A stretch of DNA of 64,000 nt from Octopus vulgaris (lineage: Eukaryota), in NCBI GenBank assembly GCA_951406725.2, contig OX597833.1, forward strand, positions 7,874,001 to 7,938,000. The letters are read 5' to 3'. This document shows, piece by piece, positions 41,370 through 56,212 of this stretch; position 1 is the first letter of the stretch, and every line of letters starts with the position of its first letter. The notes below the pieces were generated by a model. The model searched no databases, was not told where the DNA came from, and saw only the letters and a list, made by a program, of their open reading frames with translations. The translations under genes were made by a program, and so were the position numbers.

Positions 41370-41830
41370 AAAAGCAGCGAGCTGGCAGAATCGGTAACAC
41401 GCCGGACAAAAACACTTAGCGACATTTTGTCCGTCTTTACGTTCTGAGTTCAAATTCCGCCGAGGTCGTATTTGCCTTTCATACTTTCGGGGTTGATAAA
41501 ATAAGTACCAGTTGCATACTGAGGTCGATGTAATCGACTTGCCCTTCCCCTCAAACCCTACTAGCCTTGTGCCAAGCTTTGAAACCATTATTGTTGTTGT
41601 TGTTGTTTTCTGTGGTGGTGGTGGATTGGCGGAATCGTTTGGGCCTCAGACAAAATGCTTTGCGCTATTTCATTCCAACTCTTTACATCCTGAGTTCAAA
41701 TCCCGTCGTGGTTGACTTTATCTTTCATTCTTTCGGGGGCCATTATAGTTAACCTACCAGTTACGCACTTTCTACTATCGCTTAACCCCCTTCCCCCAAA
41801 ATTCCTGCTCTTCGACTCTAATCAGAAACT
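41370..41830 (+). mobile_element. Two tandem SINE family 1 copies
   Basis: Head, B box and body repeated twice, separated by (GTT)n. Confidence 0.75.
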
Positions 41831-43226
41831 TTTATTTCTGTTGTTGCTGTGTTTGTTCTTTTCCCATGAGCTCCATCTCATCTCTGATGAAGTGAACGTA
41901 TATTAAAAGGCATTCCAGCAATGACCATCCCGTCTTTTTCTGGAGTCTGTAGGTTGACATGATGTAACGTTCCGTCTCTGCTTGTGTGACTGTTATTTTT
42001 AGCGGGTCAAGGACCCAACACGTAAAGGTTTCAGTGGTGATAGTGGCGGTGGCGGTTGTGGTTGTGGTGGTTGTCATGTAACTACTCTTGGCGACATCGA
42101 CCTACAGATGTTAAGACTAGACATTGGTCACTTCAGTGTCACAGGTCTGGTCTGAGATAGTGACCAACAGATGTCTAGATCAAACTAGGCAGCAAGAATA
42201 GCAGAGTATGGTTTTTGCCATTCTTCAGTTTCAAAAAGAAAAAGAAAGAAAAAAACGAAAAAGGCAAAAACTTTGAATGAGGGAAATTAGCGCCAAACAA
42301 GAATTGAAATTATTTAGTGGCGTTCGGTTTTTTTTGACTCGTCTTCCCGTTTAGCTGTGGTTTGGTCAATATTGTTTTAGCGGAAGAAACAGGGCTTGCA
42401 ATAACATTAACAGCAATAACAATACTTCTATTAACAATAACAACAACGACAACAAGACGACGACCATTAATAAAAAATGCAACAATAAAATTACCGTTGA
42501 GGTTTCGACGAATAATACGAACAACAACAACAACAAACAAGCCACAGTGACGCACCGACGTATGAGAAGAGGAGTGACAATAACAATAACAACCCGCATA
42601 CACACATTTATATAAACATACACGTACACACACATCCTGCACACATATACACAAAATACACACGTATACACATATCCGCATAAACTTACAAAAACATGCA
42701 CACATACACGCATGCGACGCTTAGAAACACACAACATATGCACAGAGCAGAAATGCGCACAGAAACGGATAAAGAACGGCATAAACATACACACACACAG
42801 TCAAACACACTCATGCATACATCTACGCACGCACACCCACACACACACACATATACACAGAGGTCATATATTATTTATTGAACGGTGGACAACAAACGTT
42901 TGTTGTACAATCAAGATGGACTCCGCTCTTTCAAAATGGAGGCTGAATGGGGAAATTACACACAATTACAATGTTTTTGTTGTAAATGGGGGAGACCTCG
43001 CTTTACATCGCTGACACTTTATAGTCAAACACACACACACACACACACACACGAGCGCAGACGCACACACGTAAAAATGTTTACTCGTGTGCATATATAC
43101 ATACATGCATACTATATATGTATGTATATATTACAAATATATATAGACGTATATTATAGATGTTATACATGTTATACATATGTATATAATGTATACACAA
43201 TATATATATACGTAATATACATATAC

Positions 43227-43259
<33 letters not shown>

Positions 43260-43337
43260 CATAATATGCATGCATATTTGTACATTTGTACATATGTGCA
43301 TATATATGTAAATAGATAGATAGACAGATGGATAGAC

Positions 43338-43622
<285 letters not shown>

Positions 43623-43666
43623 CGTGTTATCAGTACATACACCTACATACATGGGTGCGTGATTAG

Positions 43667-43701
<35 letters not shown>

Positions 43702-45177
43702 TTTGTGCGTGTGTGTGCGTGTGTGTGTGTGTTGAGAGAGAGAGAGAGAGAGAGAGAACTCTGATGTTATTGGATGGCAAAACGGTTAGAGAAGCCGACA
43801 AAATACATTGCAGTATTTAATTGTGTCTTTTTATATCTTCTGGGTTCGATCCCCGCTGAGGGCGATAGATTGAAGAAAACGCCAGAGCGTCAGAAAATGC
43901 CCCAAGATCCAAGTCTCCTCCTCAAAGGAATCTGAACTGCACCAACAGAGCAGTTGTGCATGTTTGTGTGCACATGTGCAATACCCGGAGTCAGAACAAG
44001 TGTTGATGTTTTATGCATGCATTCTCATTAGTGGCGTGTCTCGATATGTTCATTTATACAAAACTTTTGCAAAGTTTCATATATTTTAACAGTTCCATCG
44101 ATGGCTTGAATCTATAATCTTCTAATTAGCATTCTTCTTTCAGGTTTTGAGATGCCTAATTTCACAAGTTGGTTGCTAAGGCAGTTTATTACATATCCTA
44201 GTACCTCGCTAATTACGGGTATAAATCTAATCTGGGTAGAGTACCTGTAAATTTCTCAATAGTTCAGCGTTTTCTTTTTAGCTTTACGTTGGCATCAGCT
44301 GAACAGCGCGTTTCCTCTACAGTACAGAGTTTCTCGTCTCCATCCCCAATTACTATGTCTGGTCTATTATCTTTGCATTTTATTGAGGCCTTCCCCACAG
44401 AGTCATCCCATTAGTATTCTTTCTCTTATGAGTGGATATGGCCTCTACAATACTGTGGCCTCAGGAATATCGTTCTGGCGGATCTCATTGCACGTTTTCT
44501 TGCCTACAACATCATGTTTCACCGGCAAATAAATCCGCGATCATGTATCAATGTATATATGTTTACATATCTGTGTGTGTGTGTGTGTGTGTGTGCGTGT
44601 GTGTGTCTGTCTGTGTCTGTGTGTGTGTGTAAAATTATGGATATAAGTGTAAGAGATAAATGTCTTTATACACAGGCGAACGCATGTATAAATGCATAAA
44701 GGAACACATGTGTATACACACTGCTATGCATATATATATATACAGAAATATATATATACACAACACGAGTCTTTGGTTACATAGCAACCGACACGTGCAG
44801 TGTAACGCATAAAAACACTTAAATTATAGATTTATGTATGCATCGTTGCATATATGCACCTCCTTCTATATAAGACTATAATTATACGAGGATTAAACAT
44901 ACATAGCATCGAGCTTTTCTTCCACATATATGCATGTGCATGTGTGTGTATTGTATGTATGTGTGTGTATGTATATATATATGTGTGAGTGTGTGTGTAT
45001 ATGTATATATGTATGTATATATACTTATATGTGTATATATATATGTACGTATGTGTAACATTCACATATACACATACATATACATATGTATATACACACA
45101 CATCCCTATATATTTATGCATTTCTGTGTTTCTATGCTTGCATGCATTTACTCGTACGTGTGAATTTTTACATGCGC

Positions 45178-45223
<46 letters not shown>

Positions 45224-45471
45224 ATGCGCATATATACATACACACATGCATACATAAAATTATAAATAGAGAGAGAAATGCGTTGGTATATATATATATA
45301 TATATATACGTACATATATACACGCGCAACACACATTTTCTTAACGACATATATATACACACACTCATCCAAATACATGCATACACGTTGCCATAGCTAC
45401 AGTTACCGCCCTCACAGATATATACCATGTGACATACGTGTGTATGTGTGTGTATACATATACTTACATAC

Positions 45472-45502
<31 letters not shown>

Positions 45503-45514
45503 CATATATATATG

Positions 45515-45576
<62 letters not shown>

Positions 45577-45579
45577 GGC

Positions 45580-45626
45580 ATGCATTATCTATCCTATTGT
45601 TTCTCTCTCTCTGAATAAACACACAA

Positions 45627-45707
<81 letters not shown>

Positions 45708-45768
45708 TATGTGTGTGTGTTTGTGTGTTTATTCAGAGAGAGAAAAACAATAGGATAGATACATGCAT
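45580..45768. repeat. Inverted repeat centred on a (TA)n array
   Basis: TATCTATCCTATTGTTTCTCTCTCTCTGAATAAACACACAAACACACAC mirrored on the other side of (TA)n. Confidence 0.85.
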
Positions 45769-46002
45769 ACCTACCTTCCCACCTGCCTACCTACTACATA
45801 CATACGCCCTCCCACCTTCACTCACACACACGCTCGCCTTCTACTCCTGCCCCTCACCCCCTAATCGAAGTGCGTGCATCTGTTTGAACGTACAATATGG
45901 TTGACAATGGTAAATGTGTAGCGACCCACAGGGAGATGAATAATGCAAGTTGGCCTTGTAAGGAAGCGGGGGTACTTATGGCGTGTGCGTGCGTGAGGGG
46001 GG

Positions 46003-46045
<43 letters not shown>

Positions 46046-46159
46046 ATGTGCGTGTGTGTGTGCGCGTGTCTATGTGTGTATGTGCGTGTGTGTGTGTGTG
46101 TTGCGCATACTATTGGATGTGATTGTATGTCTATGTATATGAGCGTGTCACTGTGTGAA

Positions 46160-46239
<80 letters not shown>

Positions 46240-46435
46240 GGCCATTGTTGTCTGTGAAACTAATCATTAAATCGATTAGGATAGAAAGATTAACAATTGC
46301 AACACACACACACACAGAGTCACAAATTAGACACATACACACGCAAATTATGTATGTATGGATAAATGTATGTATAATACATATAAGTATAGAAGATATA
46401 TATGTACCTATATATATATACAAATACATATATAT

Positions 46436-46501
<66 letters not shown>

Positions 46502-46781
46502 GCGTATAATAAGGGGGATATATATATATGCATATATTCACACAAATATAAATACACATATACATAATGTATATGCAAGTAAGTATAAATGTGTGTGTGT
46601 GCATGTGTGTGTGTACATAAATGTGTGTGTGTGTGGGTGTGTTTGTGTATGAGCGTGTGTATATATGGATGTCTATAAATAATTCAGACACGTACAAGCA
46701 ACCTTTTGAGTGCATGATGTGTTTTGGTTTTTGGGGATTTTTTTCTTGTACACCATGTTTATCAACACAGAAATGAATCAC

Positions 46782-46881
<100 letters not shown>

Positions 46882-46956
46882 CTTATATATATTTGGTAAT
46901 AATATAACTCATATATGCATGTGTATGTATGTGTGTACATATATATATATATCTGA

Positions 46957-46988
<32 letters not shown>

Positions 46989-47055
46989 CTATATATATAT
47001 ATATCTGATCTGTGTATATATATATATATATACTTATATATATATATATATCTGA

Positions 47056-47132
<77 letters not shown>

Positions 47133-47138
47133 ATTATG

Positions 47139-47962
47139 CAGGGTTCGGTGAATAAACTGTCGCCTGAATTATGCGAAATGAAAATAACACTGACATCTCA
47201 TTTTAACAGATATATTTACCAAAGTTTATTCAATAAAATCAGTCTCCAGATGACTTCGGAATCTTCTGCAACTTTTCTGGACTGTCTCCTTGTTTAAGTT
47301 GGTAAACGCTGCCATAATCCTTGCCTTCAATTCATCTTTGGTGTTACAAGGACTTTTGTATGTCCCTCGCTCAACTCCGTCCCATACATAATAATCAAGG
47401 GAGTTGCAGTCTGGGAAGTTAAGTTGCCAGATGTTTGGAGTGATGTGGTCGCAGAAATTGTCTCACAGTCATGACTGAGTTCTCCTGCTTGTATAGAATG
47501 GTGCAGAGTCCTGTTGCCAGACATAGGGTCTTCCAGCAGCCACCATCTTGACCTAGGGCAGCACTACTTCCTCCAGGCATTTGATGTAGGCCCCCGTGTT
47601 GAGTGTGAGGTCGTGTGGGAAGATGAGTGGAAGCATAACGTCACCATCGATCACTCCAAACACCATGACGTTGGCTTGATGTTTGATTCCTATCACTTCC
47701 GGTACATGTTTTGGGGACACGGCAAGCCAATGGTTGTTCTGTATGTTCACCATCTGTTTGTATTGGAGCTTCCGGCGCTAACGCCAAGCACTACAGCATG
47801 TCGTTTACAAATTTCTAGCAGAGTGAATTCCGTCATGGTACTGTTTTTCTCAAAGACGGTGTCCAACAGACCCTACTATACTGTGTAGTCGATAAAATTA
47901 AAACAATGCGTATGCGCGAAATTAAAAATATAAAAAGGTGACAATTTACCCATCGTACCCTC
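47139..47962 (-). mobile_element. Decayed maT/DD37D-like Tc1/mariner element
   Basis: Imperfect TIRs (CAGGGTTCGGTG.. / ..CATCGTACCCTC). Peptides VMVFGVI..YIKCLEEVVLP and WQQDSAP..PDCNSLDYYVW. Its 5' end recurs at about 21499-21585. Confidence 0.75.
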
Positions 47963-47984
47963 TCTGTGTGTGCATATATATATA

Positions 47985-48858
47985 TCCGGACTGTTGCCAT
48001 ATTAACAAAGCTTAAGTATACAGCTAAAGTATACCGCTTGGCGCCGATTGATTTTAAACTCTGCCGTGCATGCGCATTAAGTTTTAACGTTCTAGCTCAC
48101 TTCCGCTGTTTACAGCAGTGCTTGGAAGGAAGATGTGTTGTGTATGATCGTCACATTAACCATGATAGAGAAAGTTGAGCAGAGAATCGGCATAAAATTT
48201 TGCCAAAAGCTTGACGATACCTACTCAGAGGCCTACACAAAGTTTTCACAAAGTTTCCATCGTTCTCAACACAAGGAGATCTTGTGCAACTGAAACCCGA
48301 GTGTCTTTCTAGTCAGCTGAAAGCAGTTTTGGCACAAACTTGGCAGACACTCATCTCATACCCAAATCTTCAGTGATAATGAACTGAACTGAACTGTAAC
48401 TAATCTGCATATCCTCCGATAACTCACGGATGGTGATTCGATGATTTCCCCTCACAGCTGCACATACATCTGCAATGTGTTTCTCAGTTCTGCTGGTTGC
48501 GGGTCTCCCAGAACGTTCGTCAATATCGACATTTTTTCAGCCATCTTGGAAACGTCTAAACCATTCGTACTCATGTGTGCAGTCCATACACTCCTCTCCA
48601 TACACTTTCTGCAACTTTGTGTAGGTCTCTGAGCAGATATTACCAAGACAACTTTCTGTCATGGTCAATGCGACGATCACACACTACATACCTTCCTTCC
48701 AAGCACTTCTGTAAACAGCGGAAGTGAGCTAGAATGTTGAAACTTAGTGCGCATGCACAGCAGAGTTTAAAGACAATCTTTGCCGAGTGGCCTCACTCTA
48801 CGTGCTTTAGCTTCGTTACTATGGCAACAGTTCGGATACTTGTTGATCAGACCTTCTA
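47985..48858. mobile_element. Mariner-derived fold-back element made of two inverted 5' ends
   Basis: Long diverged inverted repeats (about 47985-48165 vs 48659-48838). N-terminal EQRIGIKFC on +, and YEWFRRFQDG..DERSGRP..VSAKFVPKLL on -. Confidence 0.75.
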
Positions 48859-48951
48859 GACATACATATGTGTGTATGTATGTGCTCAAATATACGCACA
48901 CACAGACACACACACACATACACTCATACACACACACACACACACACACAC

Positions 48952-49005
<54 letters not shown>

Positions 49006-49646
49006 GGAGAAAGGGAGATAACGAGAGAGAGATAGAGAGACAGACAGAGAAAGAGGTGTCGGCTGTCGTTTCGTAACCGAATAAAACCTCCTTTTACCCA
49101 CTCATCTCTTTGCATTTAAACAAGTCTTATCTGGCTGTCATGGCCTCTGAGGAGGTTTAAAAACCTCCTGTTTCTGACCTGCAGTTTCTGTTGCAGATCT
49201 CACCCTAACCATTTCTTCTTCTCTATTTGTATGCGATAAATTAATGTGTTTTCTGAAACCTGACTTTAAACGACAGACGTGATTACGAGTCGGACACTTG
49301 AAAATACTTGTCTGCGTCGCCTGTAACTTCATATCGTTAACCAATCCTGACTTTGATAGCAATATAGGACAGATGAGGCAGGATGTTAATCATTTGTTTG
49401 CTCCTTGTTGCAATGAGAAATTTGTGTCGTCTGTCCTACGAACTGTACGAAGAAAATTTTTGCAAGAAACCCTATCAGCCTCCAATTTTTCTTCTCTCCC
49501 ATCATTATTCTGCTTTTCTCCATTCCGCAAGACTTAGTGAGAGACCTTCTTAATTTTTGGTTCCAGTTCCTATATTTCTTTGGTCAGACCGCAAACAATT
49601 TTGAAATATCTTCATAGGCGTGAGTCGGGAGCCTTATAGACATTAA

Positions 49647-49868
49647 CCCTTTCATTACTGTATTTATTTTGAGATGCTCTGCGTTTCTTTCAATTACTTT
49701 TAAATATAATAAAGAATTCAGTAAAATAACTTACTTATCATTAAGCTAGTGTTAGGAACATAAATTGTGACTAAGGTTTGGTGGAAGATTTTAATAAAAA
49801 ACCTATGAAAACAAGACATTAATACTACAGAGCCAGATCCGGTTTTGGCCAGGTTGGTAACGAAAGGG
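49647..49868. mobile_element. piggyBac-type MITE
   Basis: TTAA|CCCTTTCATTAC...GTAACGAAAGGG|TTAA. Confidence 0.85.
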
Positions 49869-50038
49869 TTAACTCTCCCTTAACTCTCAGTTATCTGTGA
49901 CACGTAATAAGTTCAAATAATTCTTCTATGAAGGGGCCATTAACTGGTCACCGCTACTCATTGACTGGTGCTTTGCCATTGTGCTATACTCATGCTTATA
50001 TACACAAATTATATTTAAAAGGACATACATAGACACAT

Positions 50039-50070
<32 letters not shown>

Positions 50071-50180
50071 GTATGTATATATGTATGTATGTATGCATGT
50101 ATGTATGTATGTACATATGTATGTATGTATATATTTCTAGATAAATATATATGTATGTATGCGTGTAGACATTATGTAAG

Positions 50181-50239
<59 letters not shown>

Positions 50240-50280
50240 TATACATACACACACATATATATATACATACACACACACAC

Positions 50281-50312
<32 letters not shown>

Positions 50313-51004
50313 GCATTCAAAAAATGGACATACATGCATACAAACATACATACGTACACACATACGTACAAACATACATACGTACATAAATTCACAGATG
50401 CCTACTTACATACATACCCGCATACATTACTACCCTTATTTGAAAACGTGGGCAGCTGATAAACGTCCTTATCACACCGCCTGCCCATAACTTTAAAACT
50501 GTAGTACAATCACACATAGACACATACATAAAAACATCCATACGCGCACACACACACCGTCTATCTCTATCTTTCTCTCCCATACACACATACCCACAGT
50601 CACACACACACACACAGAGAGGGAGGCAGGCAGCTAACTGTATAGAAAGGCTGAATCTGTTTATCTTTGGATCAACCAGTCTAACGTCGGTTACTGCTTT
50701 GCATCACGTCATCAATTCTCTCCTCGCATTCGCCACAGAGATAAGATTCTTCAGGATGTTGTTGTTGTTGTTGTTGTTGTTTTGACCCAGCTCCCTCTTG
50801 AACCAGTGGATATGTGAACAAAGATGTCCCAGCTGTGACCATTCTATCTTTTATTCTGCCACGATGTACCTTAGACTACATTATCTAACATGTCCTTCCT
50901 TTTTGTGGTAGTTTAACCAGAATAGTCCTGTTCCACGAGAATGTCCTGTGGTTAAACCTTTGATCAAAGCCGTTCTAACCGTGATCAACTCGTCTTTTAT
51001 TCAA

Positions 51005-51257
51005 TCACCATCATTGTTCGACCGTGGTCGAGACAATGGAATTTACCATGCTACGCCAGACTTCACAGTCCATCATGGCATTACGGAGGTCCTGTTGCTG
51101 GATGCCTGTATCCCTGGAGATTACATCAGGGTAGGAGAGTGTGCGCCCTCTGGTATTGCGAGTAGATGGCTTCCAGAGGAGAAGAGTAGAAATTACCTCT
51201 TTTTCAGCTCTACAACAATGTCCAGCAAACTGGACTCTCCTACCTTTCACAAGAGAT
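51005..51257 (-). mobile_element. 3' end of an RTE/RTE-X-like LINE
   Basis: RRVQFAGHCCRAEKEVISTLLLWKP..RGR..SYPDVISRDTG..AMMDCEVWR, the typical post-RT C-terminus, ending in short TGA-type repeats. Confidence 0.7.
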
Positions 51258-52237
51258 GACACAAGCAGTGTGCATCCAACAACACGTTATCCAACCTATC
51301 CTTCCTCTTACAACACCATATAATGTAACTTTTGCACGACTCAGCTCTTATTTTTAGCATCATATGGCAACAACCGTGCAGACACCATTGCTAACTCGGT
51401 CTGTGTCGGTTTCATTGCTTCCTGTGTAGCCAAGTTCAAATGCTCTCAATTTAAATTACAAAAACGAATCTGAAGACATTTTTTATAATTTCTCCCCTGG
51501 CGACGTAAATATGACAATAATTGCCCGAACCACTCTTTTACTTTATAATTCACATCTCGATTGACAGTTTATTAACATGGCATTTTCGAGTTTGCTTCTT
51601 AATTTCTCTTTTTGCTAATATCCCATCTATTATTTATTTTATTTTTCCACCAGTCCATTCCACTCCAGCTTCCACTCTGCTATTTTTATTGATTATTCTT
51701 CAGTTTCGATTTGGCTTTTTTTTTTCTTTTTCGTTTTGACTTTTTTTTCGTCTTAGAAGGAAACACATTTTCTTATCTTATTTTAATCTCTCCGTCTGCT
51801 GGCTTCCTTTTCGTTATATAATTTGGTAATCCAGTACCGATGGCATTAAAACAAACAGATAATTGTCCGAGTTTGCTTCCCACACTCTCTTCAGTTTTTT
51901 TTTACCAATTTATTAATGATCACTAATGAGTTGGAATTCTGAAAACGTTTCTGCTACTAAGTCCATTATTCTTATAGTTAATGACAGAGTTCCATCCAAT
52001 CTAGCCCACCCCCAACCCCCTCCTCTATGATCGATCATAAATGAGTTATTATTGTAAAGTCGCCAATATCAAATTCTCTTATTTCCTTCCTGACATTTAT
52101 TCTCCTTCAACTACGAGTTTAATTATGAATGTATTAAATGGTTTGCTTCGACACAACTTTGATATCACTGCAGTTACTGTTCTAAGTATTGACTACATGA
52201 AACTACACCGTGGAAGAGCAGCAAGTTAATGTCACCC

Positions 52238-52748
52238 ATCTGCTACATGTTTCGACATTAACGCGTTCTCATATTTACTGCTACATGTCTTAAAGTTAAT
52301 GCTCCTCTGCATTTTATGCTATGTCACACCATTAATACTTGCTTCTGTTTACTGCAACATGACTTAATGCTTTCACATATTTAGTGCTACATGTTCAAAA
52401 ATTAATGCATCCTTTTACTTAGTGCTACATGTCTCAACATTAGTACCTTCTTATATTAACCGCTAAATGTCTTAGAATTAACACTCTTCCGTATTTACTG
52501 CTACATGTCTTAACATGAATACTTCCTATTTGCTACATGTTTTAGCATTAATATTTCCTTGCATATACTGCTACATGGATCACCATGTCTTAAAATCCCC
52601 ACGACTCTTTATTTACTGCTACACGGGTTAAAATTTTCTTGTACTAACTGCTACACGTCTTAACATTTTCTATTTTCTGCTACATGTCTCAGTATTAATA
52701 TAACCCTTCATTAATTAATGTACCTCTGCATTTATTACTACATGTCTC
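52238..52748. repeat. Degenerate ~39-bp minisatellite
   Basis: About 13 recurrences of TTACTGCTACATGTCTTAACATTAAT-like units. Confidence 0.8.
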
Positions 52749-53020
52749 CCAGCCAGTAAACATTTGCAAACACCTTCCTACATTAGAAAATGTCAAGAAC
52801 AGAAACAAGTTCCTATATTTACCATTTTAACAATTTCCCATTCTTAAGTCTGTGATTCCAACCAATAAAAACAAAACCAGTTAAAAATATTCGCAAATTA
52901 ACAGGAAGTTTTATAAACATTCTGTAATTAGTTAATTAGAAAGTTAATTACTTATTTGATATTTACATGGTGATAATGAATATTGATTAATTTTCATCAC
53001 GTTGTTGTTGTTGTTGTTGT

Positions 53021-53990
53021 TTGATGAAAACTCATAGCTTATTTTGCCGGGTATGATGGAAAGTGTCAGCTGTCCACAGCCAGCAGACTAAGGTGACACT
53101 TGTTTACTGGTCATGCTTCAAGAACCCTGCAAAGAATTCTTGCAGTTCCAAGCAATGCTGATTTTTGTAGGTGTTCTACATTCACACTTGCAACACCAAT
53201 CGTTTTCAGCCATGTTGGTAGTTGAGTGCTGATACTCCCAAGTGCACCAATTACTATTAGTATCACGTCTGCTCTCTTCATTGACCACAACTTTCGTACT
53301 TCCCACTTTAACCCTTTAGTGTTTAAACCAGCCATATCCGGCCAAAATATTCTACCTATTTTATGTTCAAACTAATCAGATCTGGTCATTCATAGCTATC
53401 TTATTGTGTCATTTTTAAAAATAAACAATCACATCATTGAAATCTCAAAGCCACGAAATGATGCAAGATTAATTTTACATGGTGTGAATATATAAGCTTT
53501 ACATTTGACAGAATAATCTGAATGCTAAAGGGTTAAATCGTCAGAGTTTTTTTTCTTCTTCTTTCACATTGATCCTGTTGTCACCGGGGCATGCTATGTC
53601 GATAATCATACATGCTTTTTCTTTTTTATTCACCACAACAATGTCCGGTTTCCGATGTCTGGTCAGGTGATCGCACTGGATCATTACATCCCACAGGATT
53701 TTGCAGTTCTCATTCTCAGTGACTCCTCCTGGGGATTTCTCATACCACGTCTTTGCTCTTTGTAGGCTGTGATTTCCACAGAGCTTCCAATGGATCATTC
53801 TTGCTACATTGTCATGGCATCGTTTGTATTTGCATTGTGCCAATTTGAGGCATTCTCTAACGATGTGCCATACCATTTCACCCCTCTCACTGCATATTCT
53901 GCATTTGTCGCTGTCGGTAGTGCTGTCAATTCTGCACTTCACATAGTTAGTCCTTAACACTTGTTCTTGAGCTGCACATATAACTGCACA
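53021..53990 (-). mobile_element. 3' end of an R4/Dong-type non-LTR retrotransposon (CCHC knuckle plus restriction-like endonuclease)
   Basis: AAQEQVLRTN..CRIC..HIVREC..HDNVA..ILWD..RHRKPDIVV..IIDIACPGD, continuing after a MITE as LKWEVRKLW..IVIGALG..LQKSALLGTARIL. A short 3' UTR runs into (CAA)n. Confidence 0.85.
53312..53532. mobile_element. piggyBac-type MITE nested in the R4/Dong ORF
   Basis: TTAA|CCCTTTAG...CTAAAGGG|TTAA, with TTAA target-site duplication. Confidence 0.85.
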
Positions 53991-54969
53991 TATAATACAG
54001 AGAGGGCAAACAAGGACAGACAAACGGATTAAGTCGATTATATCGACTCCAGTGCGTAACTGGTCTCTATTCATAGTGTGTGAGTGTGTTGCACTGTGTC
54101 GAATGAGGGAGAAAAGAATGCTCAATACATATAGAGGACATGGATTTATATTGAAATTAAAAGTTTAGTTTCAAGATAAATTCTCATAAAGCTGGTTTCT
54201 CGAATTCTGTGGCGAACTCATGAGTATGTGGTTGCGAAGCGATCTCTCTAACCACGCAGTCATATCTACACTAAAAACCGTTAAGTTATAACAACAAACT
54301 TTACTTAAGATAATAAACACTATAAACAAATAACGTTTTTTTCCTGATATTTGCTTCAAATCCTTCGTATTTATTTATACGTTTTTGTTAACGTAAGCGG
54401 TATGATATTTTTTTCACACATTTCCTCGAAAACTTGTTGATAACTAAAGTTAAATGGTTTTATTTTTCTGTCGAAGATCACAGCTGTTTACCAAAACAGA
54501 ATATTTTAATTCTTCGCGTCTATTTCAGACAATCTTTGACTCCAGGGAATTCTTTCGACATCGTTTTACGTCTGTTTTCCCATCTTTCTCAAATCATCTT
54601 CTTCGTTGTTGCATCTTTGTCTCTTCTCGCTTTCTTGTTTGTCTTTTGATTAAATCATTAATGACTTAATTAATTTCATCAACACTCATAATTACGGTTA
54701 TTGTATCAGGTGTGGAGTTGGGGATATTTTGGCGGGAGAGAGTGGGGTGGTGGTGGGAGCGAAAGATCTGTTTCTGTGTTTTTCAGCCATTCTATTTTTA
54801 CGTATCAATCAAGAACACCAACTACTTCAGGCCCAAGGCTTCTTTACTAATTAAGAAATCATTCATAAAATTATTACAACAACAATCATAACATCAACAA
54901 CAATAACAACAACAAATACAACGACTGCTGCTAATAATAGTTATTATTTATTTATTCAATTTAATAATA

Positions 54970-55326
54970 ATGGTTTCAAATTTTGGCACAAGGCCAGCTG
55001 TTTCGAGGAAGGTGTTAAGTTAGTTACATCGACCCCAGTCCTTAGCTGGTACTTAATTTATCGACCCCGAAATGGATGAAAAGCAAAGTCGACCTCGGCG
55101 GAATTTGAACTCAGAACGTAGTTACGGGCGAAATACCTATTTCTTTACTACCCACAAGGGCTAAACACAGAGAGGGCAAACAAGGACAGACAAACGGATT
55201 AAGTCGATTATATCGACTCCAGTGCGTAACTGGTACTTATTTAATCGGCCCCGAAAGGATGAAACGCAAAGTCTACCTCGGCGGAATTTGAATTCAGAAC
55301 GTAAAGACGGGCGAAAAACCTCTAAG
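54970..55326 (-). mobile_element. Two tandem/nested SINE family 1 copies
   Basis: Repeated GTCGACCTCGGCGGAATTTGAACTCAGAACG cores with two different 3' tails. Confidence 0.8.
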
Positions 55327-56049
55327 CACACTAGGCATAACAACAACATGAACTTCCAACCTGTTGTCTCTTGAGGTCTCTGGGTGAGACTTGGAGCCAA
55401 CTTGTACAAATATAAAGCAAAAGTCAAACATATAATAATAATAATAATAATCTTAGCATAAAACCAGCCATTTTGAGGGGAGGGTCAAATCGATTACATC
55501 AACCCCAGTGCCCAGTTACCCCTATTAATATTCCTATAATTTATAAACCCTTAATCTCAATACATAATCATTACCATGCAACCGAATAAATCTTACTAAT
55601 AATGATAACCCCAAAGTGACCTCAAAAACTACAAAAACAACCACAATAATAACCAAATATAAATTCAAACTAATTATACCTTAAGAAAAAAATACAGAAA
55701 GACCCTGAGAAGATGAAAGGTAAAAACCAGCTTCGGCGAGATTTGAACTCAGAACATAAACTGTCGGACGAAATGCCACCAAGTTTTTTTTTTTTTCCGA
55801 CTCGCTAACGATTCTACTCTCTAAACTTATAGCAAAGAAGTTAGAAGCCAATATGTTGAGATAGATTGTGATGTTAGGAATTTCTTAACTGAGGAATCAA
55901 ATAAAATACGCCAAATGACTAATGTATGAGGCCCGCTGCCCCCATTTCAAGCGGTTTTGTAGTTTCAGTGTTTCTCTTAATAAATACTTACAATTGTTTC
56001 TGGTTCGAATTTCAGTTTGAAATTAAATTGTTATTGTTTCTCTCAACAG

Positions 56050-56212
56050 AATCTCTGGAGTTGGTTGTATTCCCCAACAGAACAAGACTTGTACCTCTGG
56101 GTTCAAATCTGGTGCTGAACTGCATGGCCCTGGGCCCAGGACCACACGGAAACCGACCGAAACTTGTTTGGATTACTCCCGGAGGAAAAGAGATCGATTC
56201 CTCTTTCGGAAG
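56050..56212 (+). CDS. Coding exon 2: first half of Ig domain 1
   Basis: Pyrimidine tract plus CAG acceptor (56047-56049). Encodes (E)SLELVVFPNRTRLVPLGSNLVLNCMALGPGPHGNRPKLVWITPGGKEIDSSFG(R), with Ig B-strand Cys and C-strand Trp. Donor AG|GTAAGT at 56213, phase 2. Confidence 0.9.

Noticed and set aside
49138-49540. Overlapping short ORFs in unique intronic sequence
   Set aside because: No recognisable motif or splice signals.
52238-52748. Regularly spaced CTGCTACATG motif resembling a CRISPR array
   Set aside because: The intervening sequences are homologous to each other, the repeats are degenerate, there are no cas genes and the context is eukaryotic. It is a minisatellite.
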